A stretch of 64,000 nt of DNA, taken from assembly GCA_045837725.1 (NCBI GenBank), contig JBEWZL010000076.1, positions 62,001 through 126,000 of the forward strand. Reading direction: 5' to 3'. The notes beneath the pieces are model-generated. The model was not told the DNA's origin. It was given only the letters and a program-made list of their open reading frames with translations, and made no database searches. Positions 1 to 15,199 of the stretch are shown piece by piece. The translations under genes were made by a program, and so were the position numbers. The DNA comes from Vermamoeba vermiformis (taxonomy: Eukaryota). Within the stretch, counting starts at the first letter, position 1. Each line of letters starts with the position of its first letter.

Positions 1-885
1 CCTGGTTGGGCTTAATGACGATGGCGCGAACGATTTCGACGACTTGGACTTCAACTCTAGGAGTGTAGGTACCTAAATTTAAAAAAAGACTTAGATATTT
101 TGTGGGATTTGGATTTTCAAACGGTTTCCAAGAAAAGTTGCAGAATTGAATTAAAGCCATAATATGATAAGAAATAATACTTACCAGGTCCTTGGAACAA
201 CCATTCATCTCCAGCAACTCTATCGACCTTGCCGTCCTTAAAATCTCGGATGGCTCTCAATTTAAGAGCTGTGTTGGGAGCAACAACTTGCAAGGGAGAA
301 ACTTTGCCAAACAAGGTTTCACCAGGGAAGAGAGGGAAAGGCTCTTGTTCGAAGCGAATTTCCTCATCTCCGTGGCGAATCTTGACTTGGCCAACTGAAT
401 CTGTAACTTGACGACCATCCTTATCTCTGTTTAATATATTTGAATTAATTAAGCTGTCCAAGAAGATATTTAATTGACGGTGATGGTCTTTGATTAACTT
501 ATTTCGAGGAAGTTGAATTCAAGAAATTGATTTAAGGTCGTTGGAAAACGCTTATCAAAAGACCAACGCATTGTAGAAATCAGCACGATTTTACTATGAT
601 AAAATTTACTAAGCGTAAAACGTTACCTGAGCACGGGGTTTTGAATAATGCAGTAGTGTCTGGGAGGGATGATAATCATAGCTTCAGGACCACCAACAAC
701 CTTCTCGTGATCAGCACGAGTGAACGTGCGAGGACCAACAACGACTCTATTAAAACGAGTTAGCTATTTTCTGTAATTATCAAAATAAAAACCGTATCTA
801 GTCTTTACCTAGTAACGTTGGAGTTGTTATCTAAAACGTGAATGTAGTGGAAGGGCTTGATTCTAATAACAGAGTCACCGTCCAT
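1..885 (-). CDS. MVP: Major vault protein, 5' part; continues off the window start; multi-exon
   Basis: Joined exons read MDGDSVIRIKPFHYIHVLDNNSNVTR|VVVGPRTFTRADHEKVVG...IRHGDEEIRFEQEPFPLFPGE...RVAGDEWLFQGPG|TYTPRVEV, which are the MVP N-terminal vault repeats. Confidence 0.97.
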
Positions 886-1473
886 TTTATTTGCCTAAAG
901 GAAAGAGATAGGTGGTTGCTTGGTTCGTAGAAGATAAAAATAACAAAAAAATTCGAGCTGAAAAATTTGGTCTTTTTTTGTGTCTATTTATGGTCTTCGT
1001 GCGCAAGCCAGAAAAAACCACGAACCCAAAAAAATCAATCTCCGACGTTTTTCTTCGGAGCAGTCTTTACTCCACACGAATTCTGGATATCTTGGTCTTG
1101 TGGTTGTACGCTGATCTGATCTCGTATCTACCTCAACGGCTAACTCGTTCTGCAGATTTACTGCTTCTGGTGCGCCTTTGTTGATTTTTTGTGGTTAGTG
1201 TGGCCTAAGACACCAAGTTATTGCCAGCTAGTAGCCGTGAGCTCGCTTACGTTCTTACTAATGTCCAAACCACAAACTGCTATCTGGATTTGGCCATTAA
1301 TTGAGCCTTCAGGTACGTTCCTTTCCAATTTATCTTTTTGTCTCATGGTTTAGTGGTAATTATTGATTACTTTAAGTATCCTGAGCTACATAATTCAATT
1401 ACAAATATCAAGGACTGATCGTGAACAATTCCAAATTTATTTTTTAACTACCCTCCAATAATTACTTATTTAA

Positions 1474-2565
1474 TTACCACTTTTGTGTCTTCACCCATTC
1501 TTCAAGAGTGGTTGCTTTAACGTTCGGATATTTGCTGTTCCAAAGCGGATTCAAAATAAATTTCTCGCTTACGAAGCCCCAGTAATATTGAAGAGGCATC
1601 CATGCATAGAAATTTTGTGGTTGTTCTTTAAACGTTTTGGCAGTGGTAGCAGCGAGGTCCTCAAAACTTCCAAGAAAAGTAGTTTTGTATGCCGATCCAG
1701 ATGCCTCTGCCACGTACTTTGCAAATTCGTTCAGCGTTCTCGTATCGCCCGCTACTTTGACTACTTGGTTATGAGCAGCCGGGTCGTGAATAGCTTCGAC
1801 AGTGTAGCGAGCACTATCCTCCAAGGTTGTCCAATTAATCTTCTCATTACCTGTGCCCCAGATCTTGATCTGTAATATCTAGCAGTCAGTATAACTAGTC
1901 AATGAAGGTAACGTATTGCAATGCTATGGTGCTTGCTGTCATTACTGACCTGTTTCGTTGCAGGATCAACAACATTGACAAAGCCTAAGACGCCCAGGTC
2001 CATGAACATGCCAATCAAGACGTTCGTGTAGCCAACGCCGCTGGGGTATAAAATTTCTTCCGAGAAGCGACGGCGAAGCACGTTGTTGAAGATTTCATCC
2101 TTGACCTTGAACATATCCATCGAGTAGTCCGAAGGAACGAATCTCTTGACGCCAGCTTGTTTAGCAGCCATAAGTAAGTCTATAAATATGACCAGGTTAG
2201 GACCCTTAAATTCTGCCTTTGAGTTTTAAAGCAAATCTACTACTCACTCTTTTGACCGTCAATAATTGTTTCAGGGCCTCCTTGCACTACGCTAATAACA
2301 GTGTCAAATCCTTGCAAATGACCGGCGAGGGTGTCTTGAGAGTCCTTGCAGATGTCTCCTTGCACCACCGACGCACCTTAAAGCAGATTCAGTACGCAGA
2401 AGTCCAAGTATATTACAACGTACCCTTTTTAGCTAATTCTGTGACTTTTGACGGATCTCGAGCCAATATTTTGACCGTGTCACCTCGCTTTAGGAGCTCT
2501 TCGGCGAGAATGTAGCCTAAGCGACCAGTGCCCACTAGAAAAACATTCAATTTGTTTGAAGCCAT
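1474..2565 (-). CDS. NmrA/isoflavone-reductase-like NAD(P)-binding protein
   Basis: N-terminal Rossmann motif VFLVGTGRLG, then AAKQAGVKRFVPSDY and a C-terminal YPNVKATTLEEW typical of the NmrA family; several short introns. Confidence 0.88.
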
Positions 2566-2829
2566 GCTTGTGTTGTTGTGTTTGTTTGTTTTAACAATAA
2601 AAAAACAAAATTTGCAAGGCGTTTCCCTTTTATGTTCCGCGGATCGAAGCTCGTTACTATTTTTAGTCTCCTTCCACGCGTGTAAAGTAACGTGTACAGA
2701 ATATTACGGAACATTCGAACCTTTTTTGGTTGGCTTCGACGGGAGTAAACAGCCGCTTGTAAGCCTAAACGACTTGAAGTACTCGTCACTTCCTTTCGTT
2801 GTATTAAAAAAAGCACTGTTTTCAACAAA

Positions 2830-3813
<984 letters not shown>

Positions 3814-4414
3814 GCCAGATCCGTGTTAATTTGTTCAATCTCACTCATGCTAATATTGGTCTTACCCTATGGTAAGAGGAGGATTGCCATGCACTTGTAC
3901 TAATTCATTCTAGGGCTCAGCGATGACCTTGATCCGGATTTAACAGCTAAACAACGCCCACTCTTGCAACAACCGAATTATCATTATACCTTTTGGTATT
4001 ATGGTACCAAGCGACGTTAATTTGTACGGTCTCCAACTAAACTTATTTATCAGCTCTTGAATTGCTAAATTTGGCCTTTGCTCCCTGAAATTTGGTTGTT
4101 GCGCAACGGTGCTTATTATTTATTCAATAGATCGATAATAATACAAAGGTATTATATCTTATACATATTTTAGTTTAAAAGGTTTACTAAACAAACCCAC
4201 TAATTGAATACCGGTACATTTTCAGTACGAAATTAGGACCAATTTCGCTTCTAATCTAACTAACTCAATATCGATTGCATTTTATTATAATAATTTTTCG
4301 AAACAAGCACGGTGACGTTTAATTGCCGGCTTGAAATTTTCATTTATTTCCAACTTAGCAAATCCACCAAAACAATTTTCATAGCCTCATTATCCTATCT
4401 AATCTTAGTAATAG

Positions 4415-6483
4415 ATGGCATCTATTCCTCAAACTCCTAGAGGTGGATTTCCTGACAAGGTCACCGAAATTTGTTGCATTGGAGCTGGATACGTTGGTGG
4501 TCCTACCATGGCGGTTATTGCCAAGCACTGTCCCGACATCAACTGCTACGTAGTCGATATTTCTAAGAAACGTATCGATGCATGGAATTCCGACAGGTAA
4601 ACTTCGTCCAATTTTAACCGATGCGTACCGGATGAGAAATTTTAATCAAGTGGCAAAAATGAAATTATAACTGCCGAGTATGCATCAAATAACTAAAAAA
4701 TATTAATTTTCTCCTAGACTCCCGATTTACGAGCCTGGTTTGGACGAGATCGTCTTTCAACAGCGCAACAAAAACCTGTTTTTCTCTACCGAAGTTCGCG
4801 AAGCTATTGAACGGGCCCAAATTATATTTATTGCCGTCAATACTCCTCCAAAAGAGTATGGTACAGTGGTAGGTAACCTTCCAAAAAAAAAAAAAACCGA
4901 TCCGCTCAAGTCGCAGATCTCGACCATAACAGCACTGAACCTAATTTTTATTTGGAACTAACTCGTATTTATTTTAATATAGGGAGCCACTGGCTATGAT
5001 TTAACGGCATATGAGAGTGCTTCACTGTCTATTGCTCAGTACGCACGTAGCAGCAAGGTCGTGGTCGAAAAATCCACTGGTGCGTAACTCCGCGTTGCTA
5101 TTCCAAAACAATTATGAGACTAACAATAATATATTATATTATAGTGCCTGTATGCACTGCTGATCGTATTCGCACTGTATTTGATAGCAACAGAACCGAG
5201 TCTAATCTGCAATTTGAAATCATTTCCAATCCCGAATTTCTCGCAGAGGTACGTCAATAATTGTCACGATATAACAGTCTTACTTATATAATGTTAATTA
5301 GGGCACGGCTATTGCAAACTTAGAGCGACCTGATCGTATTTTGATTGGTGGCCGCGACACACCGACCGGCAACAAGGCCGTGAAGCTGTTGAAAGATGTG
5401 TACACGCACTGGATTGAAGAGGAAAAGATCATCACGAGCAACTTGTGGTCGTCGGAGTTAGCGAAATTGGCGTGCAATGCTTTCTTGGCCCAACGTGTCT
5501 CGTCCGGTACGTTGTTTGTATTACCTGATAGTAGATCCGGGCTAACTTTTATTGTTTAGTTAATGCATTGACTACGTTGTGCGAGAAGACTGGTGCTGAT
5601 ATTGAACAAGTCGCTAAAGTCGTTGGATCTGATACACGTATTGGCAGCGGCTTCCTTCGTGCATCCGTTGGTGAGTACAAAACACGAAAACAACGAGTTT
5701 ACGTAAATTTTAATGAAATTTCATGGCACCTCGCATGTGATTGGTCGAGACTGTTCCTCATATGATTGTTGTTCGTAGGTTTTGGAGGCTCGTGCTTCGG
5801 CAAAGACTTGTTGGGCTTGATCTACTTGTGCGAGGTTTATCACTTGCAAGAAGAAGCCAATTATTGGAAGCAAGTAAGGACACTATTATATAGCTATTTA
5901 TGTGGTACTAATATTTATTCCAACTATAATTAGGTGTTGTTAATGAACAACCATCAAAAATTCAGATTCGCGAAGAACATTGTCTTGCAAATGTTTGGTA
6001 CAGTGCGCGATAAGAATATTTGCGTGTTTGGATTTGCATTCAAGAAAGACACCGGTACGTGGCTTAATATTACTAGTACTTTTTTAGCGGATTTGGATCT
6101 AATTTGCTTTTCGGATCGCAGGTGACTTCAGAGACTCAGCCGCTATTGATGTGATCAGAATTTTGACAGAAGAGAAGGCCAATGTATTTATATACGACCC
6201 ACAAGTTCCAGTCTCCGAGATCAACCGTTTGTTCCCCGATGCACGTGTCGAGCGAGATCCGTACGCCGCATCGATTTCAACGCACGCCATTGCACTCGTG
6301 ACTGAATGGGACGAGTTTAAGAACCTCGACTATGCACGTATATTCAATACGATGTACAAGCCTGCGTTCATCTTTGACGGCAGAAATGTGTTGAATCACA
6401 ACGAGCTGCGCAAGATTGGATTTAAAGTGTTTGCTATTGGCAAGCCTCAGCCACAAACGACTTGGATGCCTATGTACGAATAA
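4415..6483 (+). CDS. UGDH: UDP-glucose 6-dehydrogenase
   Basis: [66 protein letters not shown] across about 10 exons. Confidence 0.98.
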
Positions 6484-6899
6484 GACTAGAAAATTAGGCA
6501 GCGTAACTTGTATTCATTTTCTTGCGAGGAAAAAGATTTCTTGTATTCTTATTTTTAACTAGTATAAATCGAATGCCAAACATTATTAATGTAGCCAATA
6601 TAGACCCGTAGATCTAGTTTATTTACTAGCGGGAGTCAACCAGCTGAACACCTCTTGTTTCATCGCTATGTGAGTAGTAGTTCGCTAACAAAAGGGCGCA
6701 AGGAATTTGGCAGCAGAGCATTTATTTATTGGACGTATTCAAGCAAATGCGTCAAGCTAAAGCGTAAACAATTAAAATTGGCACGTAGCACCAATGTCCA
6801 AGCTGTTTTGGACCTTGCTGGTGGTTATATCAATGCTGCAAGTCATCGAAGGAGCCCACAACAGCTGCCAGACTCGCAGTGATCCAATATCATGGCAGG

Positions 6900-9800
6900 T
6901 TAACTACGATCACTCATTTTACTGGCAATCTCGTTAATGAATCTGTTGGAGGCGTCATTGAGCTTCATGCCCCTGGCTGATTCCAACAAATGCAGCGCTA
7001 AAATGTACAACTGCTCGCCACCGTGACCTTGCAAGAGTTGGAGTGCCGTATGACAGACGACTAACAATTGGCAAATGACATATTCTCTAGGCCCCTCCGA
7101 GTGCTGCTCGATATGCTGTTCAATAGCGTTAATAACTCATTACCAAATTAGGAAATGTGCTTACCTCCGCGAGTGAAACAAATGTTCTGATCACGTGTGA
7201 AAAGTCGCTTGAAAGTGCCATGCTAGCACTTGCTTCATCGTTATCAAACACTGCAATGATTCGCAATATGAAGCATAACGATAATATATCCAATTCGATG
7301 TCCTCGTGCTTGACTGCTTCGCCCAAAGTCTCACGGAACAGATCCGATCCGAGCTTTAACAGATCTTTCTCCATTAGTCGCACGAACAATTCGTGCAGGA
7401 CCAAGAGCTCTTTTGAAGTGCAGTACGGTATCACGTGCATAGTTGCCAAAAATAGATATTGTGGGAATAGATTTGGCTGCAAATAATCCAACGCTGTCGA
7501 GTCACCACTTGCCAAGGCTGTTGTAAGATTGGTATCATATGATTTGACCTCAATATCGTCTTCTTCATCTTCTCTCGCCAAGGCCTCATCAGCACTACGC
7601 TTGGCCTCCATAAGCATCTATTGGTAGAGTTAAAAATTGGACCGGATCTGGCCATCTTGCATAGTTTTTTTGACTTACGACAAACAGATCTGAATAGACC
7701 GGCGATGATATAGCTGCCAATAACATATCAATAAGGCTCTTAATAACATCTATAGGATGTTGTGGCTGCTGTTGTTGTGTCTCTGACGGATAATTCAACC
7801 GATCCACTCGCTCACTAAGCCCAGGACACTGCTGCTTAGTTGATTCTAGCAAATCCAGCTGCGTGAGTCTGGTGCACCACGCTGTATAATAAAACATTAA
7901 TATACATATATTATATTATATTTGAATCTAAAATTTTAAAGATCTTGTCGTCGCGTACTGGATCTTTTGAACAACGAAATTTTTGGGCCCAATGTGAATT
8001 AACGATATGATAACTATAATACATACTAATAGACTCGCAGTTGATGAGATATTGCTCGATGACTTCCTTCAGATCTTCTTTTGGCTTGAGATTGTTGGTC
8101 AAGTACGCCAAGCAGTTGCTCACGCTTTCTATTATTGTATAATTAAATGAACTCTGATTCGTGGCATTATCGGCATCTCTTTCGTGCGTTTCATCGTTTC
8201 TGGCCGACAGTTGTTGAATTCCAATGTGTCTGTTACGATACACATCCAACAACTTCATCAGATCTGACAAAACGCTCCAAACTGAGTCGGTATTCATCCA
8301 CTCTATGATAAATATTAGCATATAGCTTCAGGATGTCGATTTAAAGGGTACCTTTGAGCGGGTCTGCCTCAATAAATGCAGCCAAAATCTTCAGATCGAA
8401 CACGAGGGCGACATCGTTCTTATGGGCCATATTTGTTCGGATAGCGTTGGATAATAAATCGAATAGTCTATTGACGTCCAAGACTCCGCTGTTCTGATTG
8501 GCCAGAATGAGCGAAATAAAATTGATAAAATTCATCGCATGATTTGGATGCTGAACAACTTCGCTCTTGTTCATCTTGGCAGCTAATTCTTGGACTAATA
8601 GTGATGTACCTGGTATGTAATAAAGCGTCAGTATTAATTTCATTATAAGTCGAATTATCAAATGAAGCAGAATCACTGAAAAGTACGGATGGGATCCGCC
8701 AGTACAAGTTCACTACACTAAAGCTGAATGATTGTACAGTTATTTATATATGTACTTACCATCAGGAAGAGCGAATCTAGAAGCCGATCTTGCGAGCTGT
8801 AGCATTTGTAATAAGAGATCTGCTTGACCTTTGTGCTTGATCGCCTCATCGATAATTTTCGCAATGAATTGGCTTGGAATAGCCGCACAATACTAAATAA
8901 ACAATGCATTAGTATACTGCAATTAATATAATACGAGTGATTGACCTACTTTGTACACGGATGCGATTATATTTTTGTCTTCAAAGCTCTGCGGTACTAA
9001 TTGATTGAATAACGGTACGAGTTCTGATTCGATCTTCGATTTGATCTCTTGATCATTGCCTAATATAGTAATCAAACCCCTACGAAATTAGATGTAAGTT
9101 AATTGTAACAAGAAAATTGAAGTTCATGAACTTACTTGTCGCTATTCTTAGCATCATTTAATATGAGATTGATCATATCCTCTTTATGCTCTGCATTTGT
9201 AACGCCCATTAATATATTTATCGTCATTTTTCTGAATTGGGATTGCAGCGGATCGCGCATCTTGGCATAATTAGCAACAATGAACTTGGTCAAATTAACT
9301 GCCAGTTCATTAATGTAATTCTTTTCGTTTTCTCCTATGATCTCAAGCCACGCTGCCTCGTTCATGAATCTATCGTCCAATAACAAATTCAACGCATTTT
9401 TCCTCGTATTTTCGTTGCCACTTTTGCTCTCAGTGATTAAGCGCAGCAACTTATTCTCCAGTGAATATTGACTGCTATCTATCATCTTGACGATATGTCC
9501 ACCGACTCTACAATAACAGTTGTTAATAAAATATGAAAAAAAGTCACTTCGCGTACCGTCCTCGTAATGAACTTTTCAAACTCTGCCGTTCAGTGAACGC
9601 GTTAAGTAATGTATCAACAATGTCTTCTAGGCCATTATAATGACCTTGTGCTATTTTTTCTCGAATACTATGTAACAGAGTACCAACGGCATCGCTCAAA
9701 GGTAACAGATCTGGCGGAAAAGATTTCAGCAGCTCTACTATTTTTGGAACTAATGACACCAAATAATCACGTGATACTTCATACTCGATCGATTGGAGTT

Positions 9801-10973
9801 TGTAATCAACCCTAAAAAGGCATAGATATTAATGACACCTGTCACAGATTATTTTTGCAGTGGCCTAGTACGCACTTGTTGTATCGAGTTACCAATGGAA
9901 TTCGGCCCTCACGCGATCGCACTTCACCAGCGTCAGTCACGTGCTTCAAAATATCCTCCACAAAGTTCAGTACAGCCCACAAGATTGGCTCATCTGTCAA
10001 TGGAAAGATAATTAGTACCTTAAGCTAACTCGGTATACCACTTTAAGAGTACCTAACATGAGATCAATATCCATCTTGATATGTTCGATAATAAAATTGA
10101 TAATTTCTTGCGGCGTGTCAACGCTCAATCCATTGGCGATTAGATCCGCTGTCATTGACGCTTTAACGAACTCTTTCATTAACAAAAGCTTGTCCTATAA
10201 TATCATATGAGTATGGGTATAGTCTCTAATTAGTATATTGGGGCCCTGAAGTACCTCTGTTTTGAGCTGTTTCAAGCAATGTAACGCGGGTTCTTGTAAA
10301 CGAAGTGATTTAACGAGAGCCAAATAGTCTTCAACGCTGATTGATAACTCATCAATAGGCTCGTTGAATTGACTTTCGAGATTGACGTTCATAACTAAAT
10401 AAGACAATTAGAGTCGTGTTCGAAACAAGTAGATGGAGTAAAATCATTGCGCCACCTGGCGTGTTATAATAAAATAATGATTTAGCTATAAATCAATGAT
10501 GCTATTATAGCCAGTATTAAGCTAATAATGTTAATAGCTAATAGCGCAGAACTTACTTTTAAATTTGACTATGCTGCAGCTGTGGAACAATAATGTATGT
10601 AGCGCGAATTCTCGCCATTTTCTGTTCTTATTCTTATCGTTGGCTAATAGGTCTTGTAGTTCGTAGCTAACAATGTCGAGAAAGTGTAAGCCAGGAGGCA
10701 AACGAGCTGAGATCTCTTCTTTGACCGAAAATAATCGTAATAATTTTTCTAAGCATTTCTAAAACAATATTAGTGTTATTATTAAACATTTGTGCGCTAT
10801 GAAATATTTTTGGGATTATTTGTTTGATTTTTTTTCGGCATCTGAAGCTTTACCTTGATTTCGCGAATAGAACCATCTCCAAAGCATTCATTTTTAATGA
10901 ACTTATCAAAATCTGCCGCCTCTTGTGTATATTTAGGCTTTTTAGCCTTGCTGCGTCCACTAGATCGAGACAT
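6900..10973 (-). CDS. Large helical (ARM/HEAT-like) protein of unknown family, many exons
   Basis: A chain of Leu-rich helical ORF segments flanked by GT/AG; putative start MSRSSGRSKAKKPKY, end ...EIASKMSDRS*. No diagnostic motif recognised. Confidence 0.6.
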
Positions 10974-11166
10974 CTGATTTCAGAAGGATTCTGTAATGCT
11001 CTGCACCGGCTACAATATTATTCTCGTTGATATTACTCCATATCATTGCAGTATGGAGAATAGCTGTCAAAAGAATAAGAATTAAACTGAATTTACTGCG
11101 CAAGATCTTATCTCAAAAAAAAATACTCATGTGAGACCACGGCAACAGCTCTATCCTCAACTCATT

Positions 11167-12918
11167 ATGAACGTCACTGTGAGTCCCGAACTCGCTAATG
11201 AAATTCTGCCCAACGCAGTCAATACTGCAGCGTGGCAGTTGTATTTGCTAGGTAAGATGCCACGAGACCCGATCGATGAAAATTCAGCTGCTACAGCCTT
11301 AGATAATTCTTAATTAGTTAATAATTGCCATATAAATATTATTGATATTAATACACTGTAATTTAGGATTTGAATATGCAATAGTTGCGAGTTTATCGAT
11401 TGCTGAATTCATCCGACGAGTACGCCATCCAAAATTTTCAATTTTATCCTCCAAGGTAAGACATAACTGTATCAATTAATTATTTACTATTTGCACGCTG
11501 ATTCTAAACTACGAAATATTTAACGAAAAATCCTACCATTGAAAAGATAATGTGATTTAAAAATAAAATTCAATAGAGCTTATATTAATAGCTATGTGGA
11601 GCTAATCATATCGAAATTTACTATTGATAATAATAGTTACGACAATACGCGATTTATTTGCAACCAAGACGATCTCGAGAATTTTTCGATTTTACCGTTT
11701 TAAAAAAACAGTCAATACAGTATAGTATAGTACTAACAGCATTCTATTTAGATAATGTTTTTGTTGCTGGCATTTATCTCTATGGCATTCAGAGCTGTTC
11801 TGACCTTATTTCCATTCCGTCCGTGGTCAAAGTTCGCACTCGTCTTTGTTGGCCTCGTGATTCCCCTCTATTTGCAGCTATTGTTGTACGTACTATTACC
11901 TTACCTCCATATTTAATTATCGAAGAATCAATGTAATGAGATGAACGTGAGATCTGATTTGTTTATTTTTAGGTTCTCGATATTGATTATATTCTTCGTT
12001 GAAGGCGTTCTAACGATACGAGGAACTGAAGTAAGCACACTATATTGATATATCATTTACTATTGTTGATTCAAAACACGTCAAAGACGGATCCACATCC
12101 AGTACACGCGACTAATATTTTTCTTGTTTAGAAACCGAAACGTAAACTATTAGTGTACCTTACCTTTGCAGGTAATATTACTAATATATTAGCTACTATC
12201 CTATTATTTACGCGTTCCGTTTCCTAGGCACGGTCATTACCTCGTTTGTAGCGTGCATCTTCTTCAGCTACTGGGTTAGCAGCCATGATTTGACGCCAGA
12301 GAACTACGATCAACATATTACTATTCTAATGTTGTTCTTTGGCTTGCTCGTCATTGGTCTTGGAATTTTTTCTTTTCGAGCGAACGATACTGTGGTTCGA
12401 TCCACAACACTAAAACGATTAAGAATCAAGGTAAATAATATCAACCTGATATATACTGACCTATTACTAATATATTATTGCTCTTAGACAAAGTTCATGA
12501 GTATTGTGATCGGGATCTACTCCATGTTCGTAGTGCTGCGAATCATCTGGGGTGTATTGGCTTATGTAGGCCTGAATCCCATTCAAAATGAACTCACTGA
12601 GTGGCTTATTAACTCACACTCGAAGAGCGCGTATTATACTGCCTACTTGGTAAGTTTCAGCCCGCTACATCCGCTACTCATTGCTCAACTAACCATTTTT
12701 ATTAGGTCTTCTATACCTTCTTCGAAGTACTGCCCATAGCATTCGTTTATATTGCTCTCAAGATCATCCAACCGCTTTACAAGAAGCAAGTGCTCAGCTC
12801 ATCTGGCAAGTACGACGAAGAAAGTCCGTTGTTGCCGTCAGTCGAGCCCAAAGAATTCTTTTGGTGCTTTCCTTGCTGTCATAAGATCAAATTGCACGGG
12901 CCTCAAGGCACATTTTAA
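11167..12918 (+). CDS. Multi-pass (about 7 TM) membrane protein, GPR137/TOM1-THH1-like
   Basis: About seven hydrophobic segments, YTFFEVLP in the last TM, and a cytosolic tail containing EESPLL (dileucine-like sorting motif). Confidence 0.65.
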
Positions 12919-13041
12919 GGATTTGGTGCGAAATCTCGACCGTTTGTAAAGTGCGCTGAAATTGCGCTGTAACATGATGTAAATAACTCTTGTAACTACT
13001 GTGGATAATAAATTATACCATATTAAATGATCATTTACTGT

Positions 13042-14911
13042 TTAAATTGTTAATCGATAAATTGAAAAGCCTGCTGATTGTCGATTAAAGTCAGCAATGA
13101 ACACGGTGTTGCCAACAACGGCAATATCTTTCTTTACAAAGGGCTTCTTTTTCAACGGCAATGGTACGAATGACTGCTCATCGACTTCAAGAGCTGATTC
13201 TCCGAACTAATAAAGACCGAAGATTAATACTTGAAAATCCCTCGCTACAAAACTTACAATAGCTATTCTCTTATCCTTCGCTGCCAATATCGAATGACCC
13301 TCGATCCAACAAGTCGCTGACAACAGCTTGCCGAACTTTCCGGAGATAACATGGCTCACTTGTTGGTTGGTCGTGTTGTAGATGGACAATTGATTCTTTT
13401 GCTCGAAAACCGCTAGTTTCTTGTGATCATAGGATAGCGATGCGTGAGTAGGCACGTCACGGGTCCAGTAAAATAGTTGAGCTAACGACTCCATTTGATA
13501 AACTGCCTGGATCTCATCGTTGCCTATGCATCACATGAGTTAATTTCATTATATTGAGCGCTCATTATACTAACCATCGACTACTAGGGCCATGTCGTTC
13601 TTCACAACAACTGTCATTTGCTGTTGCTCGTCTCCGATGTCCATCAACACATCCGACTGATCCAGCTCACCGACAAAATCCTCAGCCTCGGAATCAAACA
13701 CTGAAATTGGACTACCTTCATAATCCGCGCAAAATATCAGAACCCTTTTGTTATATTCACCGATGCCCATCACTTTCAAGTCATTCAAACCGAAGTTCGT
13801 TTCAATCTCAGAATTGTTCTTGATTGAAAATCTCTTCAATCCATTTGCATCCGAATACCATACCACGCCATCACCTGAGATTAAGATTAGTCGTCCATTC
13901 GAAAGGTAGCATTATCGGTGGCACATACTAGAGAGGAACACAAGTTTGGGTGGCCCAAATTCATCGTCACCCTCTTCTTCGATTTGCAGGCTAAACTTAG
14001 TTACGAGCGTAACTTTCATCGAGTCACTGACGCTGTATACTCGCAGGCACAGAGAAGGAACCTCTTCGTCATCCTCATCGGGTCGCGTCGAAGTTACTAC
14101 AACGACTTGCTTGCCTAATTAACAAGTTTAGGCTAGAATTATTATCAAGCGTATATCGCTGTTCAACAACTTACGGTCAGCGTTCGCGGAACACAGGCGA
14201 CCTGTGGATAAGAAAGATCCGTTTCCTGGAGGAAAAGACTCGAGGACCTGGTTATTCCGCAGGTCGATGAGCGCTCCATTCGCCGATTGAGCGAATACAA
14301 TATTTGGCTGCCATGGCACGGCGTAGATCTGTAAATCAGCTCCTAACTCGTTGGTTGTTGTTTTAGTGAATTCGAACAGTTGAACGTCTCGAATGCTCTT
14401 TTGAAAGGAATAAAAGCTTTCCAGTGCTGCGTTTCTCTGGGCTTTTGTGCAGTTATGATAAGACATAGGCAAGAAATGGCGCAGGTCGTTGGCGAACGAA
14501 CTGTTGAGCTCGTTGTGCCACTTCGAACTGGTCAAACCTAGTGGGAGGGGATCTTTGAAGCACGACTTCAAGTAGCCCATGATTATATGAACCACTTCAG
14601 CGGGCAACGATTGAAGCTGAGTTCCAAGAAGAGAAGTTTAAAAACTTGTGATTCAGAAAATTATAATAAGGGACTGGTGTTCCGTCTAATCAAATAATTA
14701 ATGAATATTATACGAATATTAAAATAATATATCTTTTTTGATTATGAATAATCCAAGGGAAAAGAGAGTATTTTTTTGACAATTTTTAGCTGCTTACGCT
14801 TGGCGAAGCAAAATTGGCGCTGACATCGTGCCTTTTTATCTTCTTGTGGGCAATTTCATCCACTTCAATATTGTTTTCTTCCTTAACGACTCTTTTTCTC
14901 TTCGGAGGCAT
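13042..14911 (-). CDS. F-box-like protein with a probable beta-propeller C-terminus
   Basis: NLS-like MPPKRKR; LQSLPAEVVHIIMGYL...LTSSKW (F-box pattern); downstream short beta-strand-rich repeats. Confidence 0.6.
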
Positions 14912-15199
14912 TGTTTTCCTGTTTGGAAAGCCTAAACACTATTTTGTCAAACCGAACGGCAAAGGAAGCGAAAAATGATGCGTTTTCAAATATGGCATAT
15001 ATAGCATACTAAACTAATTAAATGATTATGTTCGAGCCCCTTTTATTATCTTTCATTTCGCGGTGTTCAACACGGGTAATGTACAAAGGCTTGGTTTGGT
15101 ATAAAACGTTTAATATGAAATAAACAAATAAAATAATTAATTATCAGCAAAGCTAATTAACTTGTTTCAAAAATGTCCGCCATTGAACGGATTAGGCTC

